Shown here in pieces: positions 1 to 13,770 of a DNA stretch of 64,000 bases (the first letter of the stretch is position 1; each line of letters begins with the position of its first letter). The position numbers and the translations under genes are program-made. The DNA is from Calcarisporiella thermophila CBS 279.70 (taxonomy: Eukaryota; Fungi; Calcarisporiellomycota): positions 60,259 to 124,258 of the forward strand of contig NW_027192226.1 of the NCBI RefSeq assembly GCF_041956535.1. The letters are read 5' to 3'. Under the pieces are notes generated by a model that worked only from the letters and a program-made list of their open reading frames with translations, made no database searches and was not told the origin of the DNA.

Positions 1-48
1 CTATAGTCTAGAGGTCAATCCCTTCCTTTTCATACCTATACTTTGCTA

Positions 49-2148
49 CTATGCTGTTGATGAAATGATAGTTAATCTAGTCGTACTTGACGATGAGTTC
101 TTTGGCGATTGTATTAGCATAACCAACACGCTCGTCATATTAAACGCAAAATTATCCGTGACATTAATGGCCGAAAGTGGCTCCAGGCTAACTCTAGGAA
201 TCAAGACTGGAATGAGAGTAGATGGATCACACTGAGGAACTTCAGCAACAGGTGTAGGAGCCGGACAATTCTCAGAGCGTTCTATCAAATTCTCGAGATT
301 TCGGATGAGCATATAGTCGTAATATATCAGAGACTCGTTTTGCAAAAGAGAAAGGATTCTACGCATATTTCTCAGAGCATGTTCACGCTGTCCGCAAATT
401 CCTGATTCAGCTAAGAGAATTTGAATACAAGCACTCGTACTCAGCCCAAATACTGCTATTGAATGCAGCGCAATGCTATCCGGGTCATTTATCACCAGCT
501 CGACTAGATCTACTATAATATTTGCTGATGGCACGCACTCTATAACTGCATCACTGTAGATAAACACAATTGGACTGTCACCTGCTTTCGGGAAGCGGGC
601 ATGGATATAAAGTGTGCTGAGAAAAAGTAGTATTTCTGCCATGTTTAACGGTGGAAGATCTTCTGGAATTTTGTTTATCATCGTTGCAAGCTTGGAAGGC
701 GAGAACGATATCTGGGATGGTGGAGACATAAGAAAATTTTGTGCAGACTCTTCATTATCGGGGTTATATAAGGACTGAAAGCCGGCAGTGGGGGGAAGTT
801 GCAGCCATATTTCTGTCAGAACTTCCGTTAGATATGCACAATTATAGAAGGAGCGGATTGCTTGAGCTTGGTCTTGAAGTGAAGTGAAGTAACCATGTTT
901 CATCTCGAGTTCATAGAGGTACGACTCAGTCTCGGTTTTAACAGGCATTTTCACATAACTAAAGACTAATGCCTTGTCTACCGGCGATCTGATATGAAAA
1001 TAGCTCCATGTAAATGCAATTCGCATTGCCCACCAGATGTTATTACGAAGTTCACGCTCTACAGGATCAAGTTTCTCATTAAAGCCTTCCATGTCCTGCT
1101 CTGGAATTCGCATCACAACTGCCATCTTCCATGCCGTTGCCAGCAACGGGATCCCGCTTTTTGACCGACCGACGCGTGCCAAATCGCATCCCAAGATGAA
1201 TAGTCCCTGCAGTTTAGTAAGAGATGGGCTTTGTGTGATATGATTGAGAAGTGAGAGAGCATATTCCGTGAAAACAGATCCCGGTCTCCCGCTTCTGGTT
1301 TGGTTGAAGAGAGGAATGCCAGAAATCATCAGAGCGGACGAAAATAGGGCGGAGTAGAGAAAAGGATCCACTAGTTGGTTTTGGTAGTTATTAATCATGA
1401 CAGCGCGACTGAGAATATTAGGGAAGGTTGTCAGCTGAAACCACTTATCGATAAGTGTAACTGCTTGGTTATAGGTGATTGACTTGAGGGGATCTTTATG
1501 TCCTAGCGGCATGGTTGTAAAAAGACTGTTGGCGTCCTCTCCATATTGAAACAAGATAGGGAATTTCTTTTCAAGTGTTTCCCCTACATTCAATGCGCTC
1601 AGATTTTCTACGAGAATACCAAGCATTTCGTTGGAAATAATTTTTGGATAAGGATATTGGATTGAATTCATCCGCCGGGACCAATCAATCTCCCATCCAA
1701 GATTAGCTGTGGGATGAGCAGTTCTAATCTATAAAATGAGAACGGCAAAATACATTTGTGTTAGCAACAATGAGAAGAGGCCCAAAATACGTTCTGTATA
1801 TTAACTCACATTCACGTTGGCAAAGGTGGGATAAAGCCTCTCTGCACACATTTGTACTTGTTCGGACATGCGTGCAATTCGCTTTTTACGAACCAGTTCT
1901 CGAGGAGTCATTTTAGCTATTCCATTCTCAGAGAGAATAAAATGACGGGCCTTAGAACGACCCCTTGGCAATTGGACTTTGGGGTATACACATTGGATGC
2001 AGTGTAGCTTGCAGCGAAAACAGCCGGAAATATTACCATCGCATTTTAGCTTCTTCTGACGGCAATAATAGCATGCCTTACGGCTGCGGCAGGGTTTTTG
2101 GTTGAGATGAGGCTGAAAGCTCAAAAGATTGAAGCTGGGGTTAGACAT
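49..2148 (-). CDS. Zn(II)2Cys6 transcription factor with fungal-specific TF (middle homology) domain, array copy 1, ~672 aa, 2 exons (2148-1810, 1728-49)
   Basis: Cluster CYYCRQKKLKCDGNISGCFRCKLHCIQC. Intron 1809-1729 (GTGAGT...GCTAAC...TAG) joins in frame to the ORF containing DPVERELRNNIWW. Confidence 0.9.
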
Positions 2149-2934
2149 GAATAGGCTGCTGAACTGCTTCTCTGTTAGTGTGCCTGAATTGACAGTTGAG
2201 GTGTAACCTAGTATTTATTGATTTGAAAGGGCTCTAGAAGGTATTAGGTTAGGATTCAGGGATGAGTTCAAAATGGAAATTTAATTTCATGTAATGGCAC
2301 AAAATCTGGTCTTCCCCAAGCTGAAACAGAATCTTCTGCGCATCAAAATCAAAGCGCGGCAGTATTGTAGCCATTGCAACACAGAATATTCTTCTATGAG
2401 GAGCATTCTATATATTTGTATACTAAAGCTGTCAAATGACGAAGTTGCACCCCCTAAAAATTCGAATTGACCGCTTGCTAAATCTTCAGATAAGCACTCA
2501 GAGATCTGATTCTGGTTTAGTTTTGCCCGAATATTATTCCCAAAAAATTTTTTTCAATTTCATGCAGAGTAATTTATGAATTGTCAATACCAACTAATAT
2601 CGCAGATAAAGAATATTATCACCTGAAGCGCAAAAAATGGCATATAAATACTTTCAAGTGCTGATAGGCAGCATACATTCAACAATCCTATAATGTCATT
2701 GAACTAAGAGAGCTAGAGCAAAAAGCAGTTGATATATGAAAAGTACAAGTAAGAGCATATGAACACATTACAAATAAACAAAATAGTTACAATGATATAC
2801 AGGTGTAAGGTGGAAGATAAAGAGTTGTATATCTAATTGGTAGTACAAGCAGGATTAGCTGGCATCACCATAAAAATAGGTTCAGATGAATTTGCTCATT
2901 ATAGCCAAGGGGGACATGTTACTAGCTCAATTAT

Positions 2935-5338
2935 TCAAATATTGTAGTTAAAGTTTGAAATTGTGCTGTAAGCATTTTGTCCATATTCAGAATTGGTTAC
3001 ATCTCTCATGGCAGGAGGAATGGTGCCATTAGGATAGAGGGAGAGGCCAGGAGGAAATTGTACCTGTGTATCATGCGCTGCCGTTGACCGCACATTACTT
3101 CCGAAATTATTCTTGGAGAGCGAAATTAATTCTGTGGCTCTCTCTTGTAGCTGGATTGGATCATACCCCTCTAAACTTGTGTCAATGTTTTCAAACCACT
3201 TGACATCTGGATGCGTTGGCAATGAATGTTCGATTGGAATGGAAAAATCGAATAGTGAGGACGGCACAGTTTGACTTAGGTCTAGAGTGGGAATAATAAC
3301 AGCCATTAAAGCTTTTTCTAGTGAATCCTCAAGACCAGTTGTCTCTATTTTCGCTATTGATTCAAGGCTCACATGAGGAATGATAATTGGCTTGTTGGCT
3401 TGTCTGCTAAAATTCTCCTCATTTTCACTTTCAAGCCTTGCAACTTGAACTTGTCGGCTCTCCAAGCGGCCCAGAGCTTCTTCAATGGCACGAATAAGTC
3501 GTCGATTAAATATCACAAGCTGCTTGCATTCCAACAGTTTTAGAGTGCGATGTAAATTTAAAATTGCCTGTTGGCGCTGGTTGCCTGTCCTCGACTCCGC
3601 TATCAAAATGTGAATGCATGCACTTGTATTCAAACCGTAAACCACGAGAGGGTGCAGAATTACGCCATTTAAATCATTGAGAATATTTTCCGCTATATCC
3701 ACAACGGAATCAGCAGGTCCCACACATTCTGCAAGCAAACTTTCCTCCACGATCAAAAGTGGCCCCTCAAAGTTTTTAGGGAAGTGAAGGTGAATTAGCA
3801 GAATGTTGTAGTACAGTAATAGCTCTGCTGCGTTAAGTGGAGCAAGGTCGCTGGGGAGGGCATTTGCCAGCATAGCCAAGTGTGCAGGTAGTGTGGCCAA
3901 GTCTCCCCGGGAAGAGGGCAGTTTTTCACAGACGAGCTCACCCTCCTCCGGATCAAGCAATGAGCGACGGCCCACGTCAGGTGTGATCATGAGCCATATC
4001 TCTGAAAATATAACTGACATATGCACGAAATTATAGAAGGAGCGGATGGCTTGTCCATGTTCAATCATAGTTGTATTGAGACCGTGTGCTTGATCCAACG
4101 CGTAAAGGGCTGACTCGCTTTCATTCTTGACGGGCATATTCACCTTGGCCTCAAAAAAGATCTTGTCGATCCCTGATCCAGCATTGAAATACCCCCATGT
4201 CATAGAAGAGCGCAGCACCCACCACATATTATTGCGCAGCTCACGTTCCACGGGGTCTAGCTGCAAGTTAAAGCACTCGCTATCTTGTTCGTGGATTCGA
4301 AGCTGAAGAGCCATTTTCCATGCCGTGGCCACTAGGGGCATTCCCATTTTTGACTGGCAGAGATAGATCAGATGGCCCCCCAGGATAAATAGACCTTGCA
4401 TTTTGGTGAGCGAGGGCTCGGGTGTCTCCTTCTCAAGCAGTGATAGTGCATATTCGGTGAAGACCGACCCAGGCCGTCTACTTCTGGTTTGGTTATATAT
4501 AGGAATTCCAGACATGTTGAGTGCGGAGGCAAACACAGCCGAATACAATAGGGGATCGTAGTTATTATTGCGAAAATTTCGAGTCATAACAGTGCGATTG
4601 AGAATGGTGGGAAAGGAATGGGTTTGAAACCATGTATTGATAAACAATAGCGCTTGTTCGTATGTAATCGACTTTAGTGGATCTCGGTGCTCAAACACCC
4701 GGTTGGCAAGTTGCCTTTCCTCTTTTCTCACTTGCACCATAGGAAACGTTTTTATGATCTTTTCACCAATGCTCAGAGAGCTTACTTTTTCGATAAGAAT
4801 ACCTAACATATCGTTGCTAAGCTTTTTCATATATGGAGCATGGGTGAATTTCCTTCCGCGGTTCCATGGCATATCCCACCCCAGATTAATGTTAATATCA
4901 GGCGGCAAATCGAGCTATATGGTAAAAGCAGTGAAATAAGCGGTAAAATACTATAATCATCCAAAAAAAATATTTTGCGAGTCTAGCTCTTACCTCAATT
5001 CCAACGATGAGATTCTCATATTTATCGAGGTATTTCATATACCGCTGAAGCAAGTTTTCTTTGAATGACTGACTAATTTGGGACAAAATCGGATTGCTGA
5101 TGTCGAATATTATCTGCTCGTTCTGTTGCAAAAAGCGGCTGCGTGGACGACCTCGGCGGACAATCTGGCTTCCAAATGAGCACGAAATACCGAGCATTTT
5201 ACACCGCGAGCAACCTTCGAGATTTCCATCGCATTTTACCTTCTTTTTGCGACAGCTGCGACATGCCTCGTGGATATGATAGGCATTGTCGTTGAGAGGA
5301 TCATGGATAATCACAACACGCTGCGTGACGGGTGGCAT
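2935..5338 (-). CDS. Zn(II)2Cys6 transcription factor, array copy 2, ~774 aa, 2 exons (5338-4994, 4914-2935)
   Basis: Cluster CRSCRKKKVKCDGNLEGCSRCKMLGISC then RRGRPR. ATG at 5338 (MPPVTQ). Intron 4993-4915 (GTAAGA...TAG) gives an in-frame join (IE|LDLPPD). Confidence 0.88.
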
Positions 5339-6149
5339 GGATACATAAGAATGTTGATAACTAAAGGGAGCTGAAGTGCCCGGAAGAACTGTAATAAATA
5401 GCCAATATGTTACTCTCACAACAAATAGCAACAGCTAAAAGCTTGAGTCTCTATGAGCGGGTTTTATTTTCTCGCTAGGCGCAGATCAAATTTTATATGC
5501 TCCATACCTCCTAACAAGGCAGCTGTTCTCCCAAATAGGTCACGTATGAGGTAAGAGCCTTCTTACAAGTGATAAGCCACATGGGATAAAGCCTATTGTA
5601 GATTCCGGAACAATATCATCTCCATGTTTCAGAGGAGAAAGGAACCCCCGAACTTGAGCACAGATTTGAATGCGCCTACGCTCTCTTGTCTCTACGGGGT
5701 TTTAGTCCAAATCGATCTGATCCTCTCTCCTCTGGAACACGGACTGAAATCCCCTGCTTGAGACATTGCTCTTTTGCTCGACACAAGGACCCCCCATCCT
5801 TAAGCAAGCCCAAATTGAGCTTATAGCAATGGCGAGGATTGGACCCTTCGAATTGATTTGTCTATCCTCACTAACCTCAAACGTGCCACAAAGTTTACAT
5901 AACTTTATTGACTAGTCCCGTGCCTCTTCCGCATTTCTTGTGTATTTCTATCATGACCCAGCATGGTACGAATGCACAAGAAATGCAGAAGAGTCTGAAG
6001 AGTCTGAAGTAAAACATTACAGTGCAACTAATATTAGCAGCAGATATATACATCAGTTGCAATATATAATAAACACACATTACAATTACGGAGCTCAACC
6101 AAAGGAATTCAACTAGGATTCAATATGGCTGGATTCCCTGGGATGGGCT

Positions 6150-8560
6150 TTACAATACAACATCAGGTTTAGGTTTCTCGAAAAATATATTGAATGCTAA
6201 GCTGTCAATGGGTGCAGAAGAAGGCTCCGCGTTATGCTCGAAAGTGTCGAATTTATCTCCAGCCATCTGATTTTCGGTCTGAATTGTTTGGGTAGTATCT
6301 GAAGAGTATGTGGGTGATTCCAGAAATGAAGCGAAAGAATCTTCCAAAATACTTTCGACAGCAAGTTTGGGAGCCATATCAGAGGGATTGGGCGATAAGT
6401 CGCTGTCCGAAAAGTAGGGGGAACACGAGCTCAATATATCTTCGATCGTCTCCTGTAGGTTGTCTAGTGACGAACCCGGTGAATTAGCACAAGCGGGAAG
6501 TGTCGAAAAATGGGATGTCGCAGAGGGTGCAGCACCAGATTTACTCACGACCATAACCAGCAAAGTGGGGAGTTCTTCTGCTGAGCCGCTCTCATATTTT
6601 CTTTCCAAAAGGGATATCGACTCGAGACTTGCACACGGGACAACGACTGGAACGATTATTCGGTCGTCGTGGTTGCTTAATCCTGATAGCGAAGTGGATA
6701 ATGAAGGAATCTCATATTTCTCTGCCCGAGAAAGAAAACTTTCGATCGTGCGGATGAGTCTGAGCGCTGTGTGCCCCAAGTATCTGCACACTAGTAGTGA
6801 GTGTATCTCTCTTAGTTTCAAAAGTGCCGCCTCCCGCCGCTCTCTCGCACCTGACTCTGCTGAGAGAATATAAACACATACACTTGTATTCAGTCCAAAC
6901 AATACAAGTGGATAAAGCGCAGAGTGTTGAGAGTCCGAAAGAGCAACCTTTGTTGAATCTAGGACTATATCCGCAGACGACAGGCATTCTGTAATGGCAT
7001 TGACTTCAATGAAGAGAAGTAGATTGCTGTCTACCTTTGGAAACTGGGAATGGATGCTGAGAATGTTGAGGTAGAGGATGATTTCGATCGTATCTGTCAA
7101 GCTCAAATCCTCTGGAATGGATTCCATTGCCTCCCTCATCTGGGCAGGCAAGGATGCCAAGTATTGTTGCGTAGGAATCTCTCCCCCATCAGGCTCGAAA
7201 CAGGGCAGATCCATCAAACAGAATGTTCGCTTGGGACTTATTCGGACCCAGATGTCAGACATGATTGCTGTCAAGAAGGCGAGATTGTAGAAATCTCGAA
7301 TAGCTTGAGCATGCTCCTTTAGCTGCATAACATTCCCATGTTTCAAATCCAGGGAGTAGAGCACAGAATCATTCGCGTTTTTGACGGGCAGTTTCACGTT
7401 CTGCATAACACAATGGACGGAAAATCTCGCCCCAATATTAAAGTATCCCCAAAGGAATGAAGCACGCATTACCCACCAAATGTTATTGCGAAGTTCACGT
7501 TCTACAGGGTCGAGCGGCTGATCAAAACCATCGGTGTCCTGTTCGTGAATCTGCAGGTCAAGCATCATTTTTGAGATCAGAGCTGACAAAGTGATCGACT
7601 TTTTGCCTCGGAAAGAATCCGTCATATGAGAACTGAGAAGCATCATGCCTTGCAACTTCGTTAAAGAAGGTTCTGGGGTTTCGCGCTCCAGCAAAGACAT
7701 TGCATATTCAAAGAAAACAGATCCTGGTGTTCCTCTTTTGGTTTGATTATAGACGGGATTTCCTATTCGCTCCAGTACCATACCGAACACGACCGAATAG
7801 AGCAAGGGATCGTACCGTTTTTCGCGGTAATTCTCTAGCATGAGGGTGCGATTGAGCATGGTAGGAAACATCGATATATGAAACCACTGGTTGATAAGCA
7901 AAACTCCTTGATCATATGGGATGGATTCTAAGGGATTTTTATAATGCGATAGACTATCCTTGCATACCACACCCACATCTTCCGCCGCATAAGAAAGCGG
8001 GAACTTCTTTAAAACCTTCTCCCCTATGTTCAATGCGCTTATCTTTTCAACAAGAATAGCAAGTGCATCGTAGATCAAAATTTTGTTCAATGGGAATGGC
8101 GGAAGCTGCATTCTCCTACTATCCCTCACGTTGGCCAATACAACACTCTCTGACACATGGGTTATCTGAAAAGATATAAAAAAAATGAGTTTAGCAATAC
8201 AATTCGTACTTGAAATCCCAAGCAGACAATCACATTAGCTTGATCTTCCATAATTCTAAGTTTATCAAATAGTCTCTGAAATTCCTCCATCATGTTTCCC
8301 TGCATTGTCACTCGCAGTAGTACAGGATGTCCCACATCAAAGAGGATCTTCTCATATTGTTGTAGGAAACGACTGCGGGGTCTTCCTCGGCGAATTTTTT
8401 CACTCTCAAAGACGCATTGGTGGCCAAGCCGTTTGCATCGCAAACAACCATTCGGTTCTCCATCGCACTTTAGCTTTCTTCGACGGCAGGCTTGACACGC
8501 CTTTCGAGCTGAACCTTTAGTTTCAACACCGGACCTCCAGACAATTAATTTGGGTGTCAT
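6150..8560 (-). CDS. Zn(II)2Cys6 transcription factor, array copy 3, ~788 aa, 2 exons (8560-8210, 8165-6150)
   Basis: Cluster CQACRRRKLKCDGEPNGCLRCKRLGHQC. A 44-nt intron 8209-8166 (GTACGA...GCTAA...CAG) gives FQ|ITHVSE in frame. Acidic Ser-rich C-terminus. Confidence 0.87.
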
Positions 8561-8793
8561 CAATGTATTGACTATGACTAGCTAAGAATACGTGGTGTTG
8601 GATTGCTACTGAATACTACCATTCAATGCACGGACATGTAAGAGATAAACACCTATATATATATCACACTACTTCGCCCTCTATTTCTATATTAATGGGA
8701 GTTAAATAGGATCCGATCACCAGAAATTAAACGGGCTGAGTTGAATCTCGGTGTTTTTGGATCCACTTTTTTGATGGAGATTCAAGTAAAACA

Positions 8794-8821
8794 ATGGTTT
8801 CATGGCCGGAATTCATTCCCG
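8794..8821. promoter_or_regulatory. Putative conserved upstream element of copy 3 (TGGTTT followed by CGG-N9-CCG)
   Basis: CGG 8807-8809, AATTCATTC, CCG 8819-8821, ~250 bp upstream of the ATG. The same spacing recurs upstream of copy 4 and the pseudogene. Confidence 0.4.
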
Positions 8822-10230
8822 GCGTCCTAGGGTCGTAGCACAGGGTTTTCTATCCTCCAGCAGTAGCATCCCTGCTTTTCCCTAATGCAGTCTTGACTGG
8901 TCTTATGAAGAGCATCCTGCACGCCATGGACCCTATTGGCAACTAAAGCTAATTTGTATCTGACTAGTGGGGTATATATTAAAATCGGCCTTGGCCCCTT
9001 AGTTTTAATTTCTCGACAATAACCGTGCACGTACATGACTAAATATTGTGAAAGGTGTGTGATACCGTGGTTAAGGAGTAGAATAATGACTTTATCTTGC
9101 AATAGCGAAGAAAATCTTAGAACCATGGCCTAGTTCTTAAATCACATTATGATGCGCAAGAGAATAAAAATCTAGATTCGAAGCGTTCGAGTCAAACGCT
9201 CCAGGCAAAGCGCATCGGACACTTCTTCTCGAGTGCCGGCATGCCCCACTTCTATTGAATAGGTACTGCCTCATTGAACTGATGTAAGCACCCGTTAATG
9301 CACACGTATTACTGAGCGGACTTGGATATTCTGCATGTATAGGCCAGTGAGCTCATTTGGCTTAGTTTGATAAACTACAAAAAAAGGACTGCCACTTAAA
9401 GGAAGTTCAGCTGATCACGACTACATATTTTATTTTATTAAATAAATTGAAGCAAGAATACAACATGAAAAACCTTCTTTGTGCAGTATTACATTTTGAA
9501 TACTATGTGGCGTAATAAAATTACTACTTAGCGGTTAAATATTCAAATTTACATATTGTACAGCAAATAAGCATTGTAATCGAAATCTCATTTCGAAACT
9601 CTTGTTCGTCTACAATTCTACAGTATTTGAGGCCCTCATGGTGGAAATTGATAAATTAATTTCGAGCAGTTTACAGGTGTATTCGAGATGCACATTAGAA
9701 TTATCAAGTATTATTAATAACCAATTGCTTTGTTGGAAGTGAGTGTGATATGGTGGGCAACCTCAATTATCGCTAGTAATTGATATCAGAAATTGCATAT
9801 TTTATTCCAGGTGTTAGACTAAAATATGGTAGGCTTAATTTTTCAAACTAAGACACTTTTAAACCATTTGTAGTCTAATTTGAAAATAATTTGCATGCGC
9901 AAAGTTTGATTAAATTCTCAATTACAAGTTTATAAAAGTTTATTCTAGCATCAAACTACTTTTCTATCGAGTTTAAATCAGTATCTAAAAGTATTTACAT
10001 TTATGAGAATGTGCAAAACATTGCTTAAGATGGAAATATGAACATAGTTAAATTTAATGTATGCAAATAGAGTGAAAAGGTCTATTCGGAATGTATTCTA
10101 GTATGAAAGAGCCCCCCCTTGGAAGTTGAAATGCTGAAAGGTGGAAAAGTACACGAGGTCGAAGCGGTTAACGTTGTCGGTAGTATTTGAAAGTGATTGG
10201 AATTAACTATATCTGGCGATAACTCAGAGA

Positions 10231-12353
10231 TTACATCACTGGCCGAAACAGAGCAGAGCACTGTTCAGTAATTTCTCCATCGTCTCGCGTATCCAATAGC
10301 ACTCCCACATACTTGGTGAGTAGTAAATTAGACACCGCTTCAGTACTATATTGGTCTTCATTTTTCACTACCATAACAAGCAGGGTGGAAGACTGGGATA
10401 CTGTCGAATTCAGATAATCATTGTCGAATAAAGGTGTTGTGAGAGCACGCGGGATAGCAACTGCCACAATTTTCCTATTATTATCATGCAATGGTGATGT
10501 CGTTAACATATGGCCTCCACTTCCTCGAGAAAGGAAATTCTCGATGGTACGGATGAGCTCTAGAGTTATATTTCCGAAATGCCTGCATTCAAGTAGTTTC
10601 TGTATCTCGGTGAGTTTGAATATTGCTTCTTCCCGCTGCTCAACTGAACCTGATTCTGCTAAAAGGATGTATACGCTTATGCTCGTATTCAATCCGAATA
10701 AAACAATTGGATCTATTGAAAAAACTCTTGGGTCTTTGACTGCAATCTTCGCCACATCCACTATCATGTTCGCTGAATTTCGGCACTCTTCGACAGCTCT
10801 GTCTTCGAGAAATAAAAGTAGATCCTTCTCCTTCTTAGGAAATTGAGAATGAATGGCGATAATATTGAGGCACAGGAGAAGCTCCGCAGCATGAATGGGT
10901 GACAGCCCACTGGAGATCGAGGCCATCATAGTTGTTAGCCTAGGGGGTAGAGTTGCCAGGGTCTTTTGCAGATGTGAAGGTTCACTACAATCATACTCCG
11001 TGTTTACCGGATTCCTCGAATTCAATAATGAGAGCTTATGGTGTGGCACGATTTGTATCCAGATTTCAGTCATAATGTCTGTCATGAAGGCACAATTATA
11101 GAAATCTCGTATTGCTTGCGCATGCTCGAGTTGGTTCATAATATATCCATGCTTTACATCCAGAGCATAAAGAGACGACTCATTCTCGTTTTTAACAGGC
11201 AGTTTCACAGTGCTCAGAGCAAAATATTTGTTAATTCCTGAACCGCAACGAAAATTTGCCCGTGACCAAATGCAACGCATCGCCCACCAGATGTTAGTGC
11301 GCAACTCTCTATCCACGGGATCAAGTCTCTGATCGAATTGATCGTTATCCTGTTCGTGGATCCGTAAGTCTAACGACATTTTGGCAGCCATCGCCATCAA
11401 TGAAATACCAGTTTTGGATCGATTGGTAATAACCATGTGCGAGCTAAGGACGAAAAGCGCTTGCATCTTGATGAGTGACGGGGCTGTAGTCTCACACTCC
11501 AGGAGTGACAAAGCGTATGTAATGAAATCTGACCCTATCCGGGTTTTTTTTGTCTGACTTTTGATTGTGATCCCTTTCCTCTCCAGGACTGAACCAAAAA
11601 TAGCTGAATAGAGAAGAAAGTCGTACTTTTGTCTGCGATAGTTATCAAACATGATAGTGCGATTTAGCACAGTGCTAAATGGATTGGTCTTAAACCATTC
11701 GCTGATGAGCTGGACTCCTTGATCGTATGGAATGTCTTGCAGCGGGTTTTCCAGCTGAGGTGGTGAAAAGCTAAAATCACATTTGTCCTCTTCATGTTTA
11801 GATAGGAAATATGCTTTTTGCACCTTCTCACCGAAGCATAGCGAGCTTATCTTTTCAATGAGAATTGCGAGCATGTCGTTGGTATAAACTTTGATTAATG
11901 GTATATTTAGTTTATATGCGAAATGATTTTCTATACTGTCCGACACAGACGTTATCTAATGAATTTAAAAATACGCGTTATTATTTGCCAACTCAATGTT
12001 GATCTTCGTGATTTGTATGCATTTACCACGATTATCTCTCGCATCTGGTTGAGTCTCCTATAGAGCAATTGAAATTGCTCCATCAAGCAACCTCGATTTT
12101 TTACGCAAAGCAAGGTCGGGATACTGATATCAAAATGGATGTTTTCGTATTGCTGTAGAAAGAGACTGCGGGGTCGACCCCTGCGAATAGTGGTGTTGTC
12201 AAAAATACAGTTGATTCCGAGTCTTTTGCAGCGCTGACAAACTTTTGAATCCCCATCGCACCTCAACTTTTTTTTACGACAGGATTGACATGACCTTCGA
12301 ATAAGCTTCCTCGTCCAAGAGGAATCCTCTAATGTGATTAAACTGCGAGGCAT
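10231..12353 (-). CDS. Zn(II)2Cys6 transcription factor, array copy 4, ~683 aa, 2 exons (12353-12027, 11955-10231)
   Basis: Cluster CQSCRKKKLRCDGDSKVCQRCKRLGINC then RRGRPR. Intron 12026-11956 (GTAAAT...TAG) gives IV|ITSVSD in frame. Confidence 0.88.
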
Positions 12354-12581
12354 ATTGCGGGCACTTTACACATTCGTCAATGCCCTCTGTCTTTTTCTAT
12401 GAAAGTATATCCCACTCAATACACCAATATAAATGAGGCAGACTGAATATATGAACCTGTTTATATTGGTTTGAGATAGCTCATGCTAAACTGAAACCAA
12501 AAAGCCATTCACATGTATATCGATATTAAAAAGCGGATAGGACAAATGATTTTGCGTAACGTTCTCAAAAATGATTATTCT

Positions 12582-12606
12582 TGGTTTCGGAGCCATTGCC
12601 CGAATT
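12582..12606. promoter_or_regulatory. Putative conserved upstream element of copy 4 (TGGTTT-CGG-N9-CCG)
   Basis: TGGTTTCGGAGCCATTGCCCGAATT, ~235 bp upstream of the ATG. Confidence 0.4.
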
Positions 12607-12720
12607 CGCATTATATTTTCTAGCAATTTGCTAAAATGATCTTAGTTCTATGAAAGCCATTGAGATGAGAACAGCGACTGATTCCTCGATCTTCTCAATA
12701 TATCGCGTATATAGTAGAGA

Positions 12721-12770
12721 AAACTTATGAAATCTAGAATACTATATAGTATTCTAGATTTCATAAGTTT
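12721..12770. repeat. Perfect 50-bp palindrome (no spacer)
   Basis: AAACTTATGAAATCTAGAATACTATATAGTATTCTAGATTTCATAAGTTT equals its own reverse complement. The flanking bases do not extend it. Confidence 0.97.
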
Positions 12771-12899
12771 GAAGCAGTTTCACCAAACGGAATATCCATA
12801 TTCAGAGAAAAACGCACGAATAATCAATTAGATAATTCAATAGTTACCAGACCCAAGTAAACACGCTGCTTCTCAGTCTTAACTTTTTTTGAGCTGGTT

Positions 12900-13770
12900 T
12901 ACTTTCGTTTAATCCTATATCCACGTTCACGGGGAGTCATATCCAAATAGATAAGAATGTTTTTGGAGAAACCGTGAATAAAAGGGTCTCTTTTGGATAC
13001 CCTTGAAGAAGTATCTGATATCTTTGACTTTGTAGCAGAAATAGCTCGGAGTATGTAATAAACGTATCGGTTTAGTTCATCTCACTTGACCTTCGCATTC
13101 TGCCTGTCGGTTCGAAATCTATCCCTTAGGTATTGAAGTAACTTGGATAAACCACTCAGAAGTTGTTAAGATGTGCTACTAATACAATCTGTTTTATAGA
13201 AGTTATAGTTGTTAGATCGCGGCAATATGTGTGCTTTGATATATCTTCATTACCTAGATGCTTTTCTATCAAAATTGAGATCATCGTTTATAAAAATGCA
13301 CCCATAAAAACGTGCAAAACATTACTAGAAATAGTAAGAGGGCTATAATTAATATCAGGTGAATGCAAATGAAGCTAAACGCTCAAAAAGCATTCTAGTA
13401 TTAGTTAGTCCTCGTTGAAAGGTGTAATACTTATTGCTAAACAATCAAAATATATTGGAAATAATTTTTAAACCATTTTATGAATACATGTTATAGCTTG
13501 AATGTATTTACCTCTGCATATTATTAAAGCTTGTAATCCATTTGAAATTGCTCGATCAAAGAACTCCGATCTCTTATGCTGAACAAGCTCGAAGTGTTGA
13601 TATCAATATGAAAGTAACCTAAACGTTTTAGAAATCCGTTGCAAATTCGAACTTTGCGAATCGTGGCACTATCAAAAATGAATTCGATATCGAGTCGATT
13701 GCATTGCTGGCAGTTACCCGAATCGTCATAACTTTTTTTTACGACAGGACTGAAATGACCCACGGATATA
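12900..13770 (-). pseudogene. Decayed Zn2Cys6 array copy 5, closest to copy 4 (boundaries approximate)
   Basis: IRGSFQSCRKKKL* then a frameshift to CQQCNRLDIEFIFDSATIRK...LIEQFQ, aligning to copy 4 IRRSCQSCRKKKL...CQRCKRLGINCIFDNTTIRR...LMEQFQ. Exon-2 remnants in the expected order: ISILIEK (~13270), SEWF (13160-13149), FITYS (~13055). Confidence 0.8.

Noticed and set aside
9176-9200. B-box-like GTTCGAGTC in a small hairpin (possible tRNA or SINE)
   Set aside because: No cloverleaf, A box or acceptor stem could be built.
10090-10240. Possible frameshifted C-terminal extension of copy 4 (SASDVISELSPDIV...)
   Set aside because: Only weak similarity to the copy 3 tail. It cannot be told from chance without reads.
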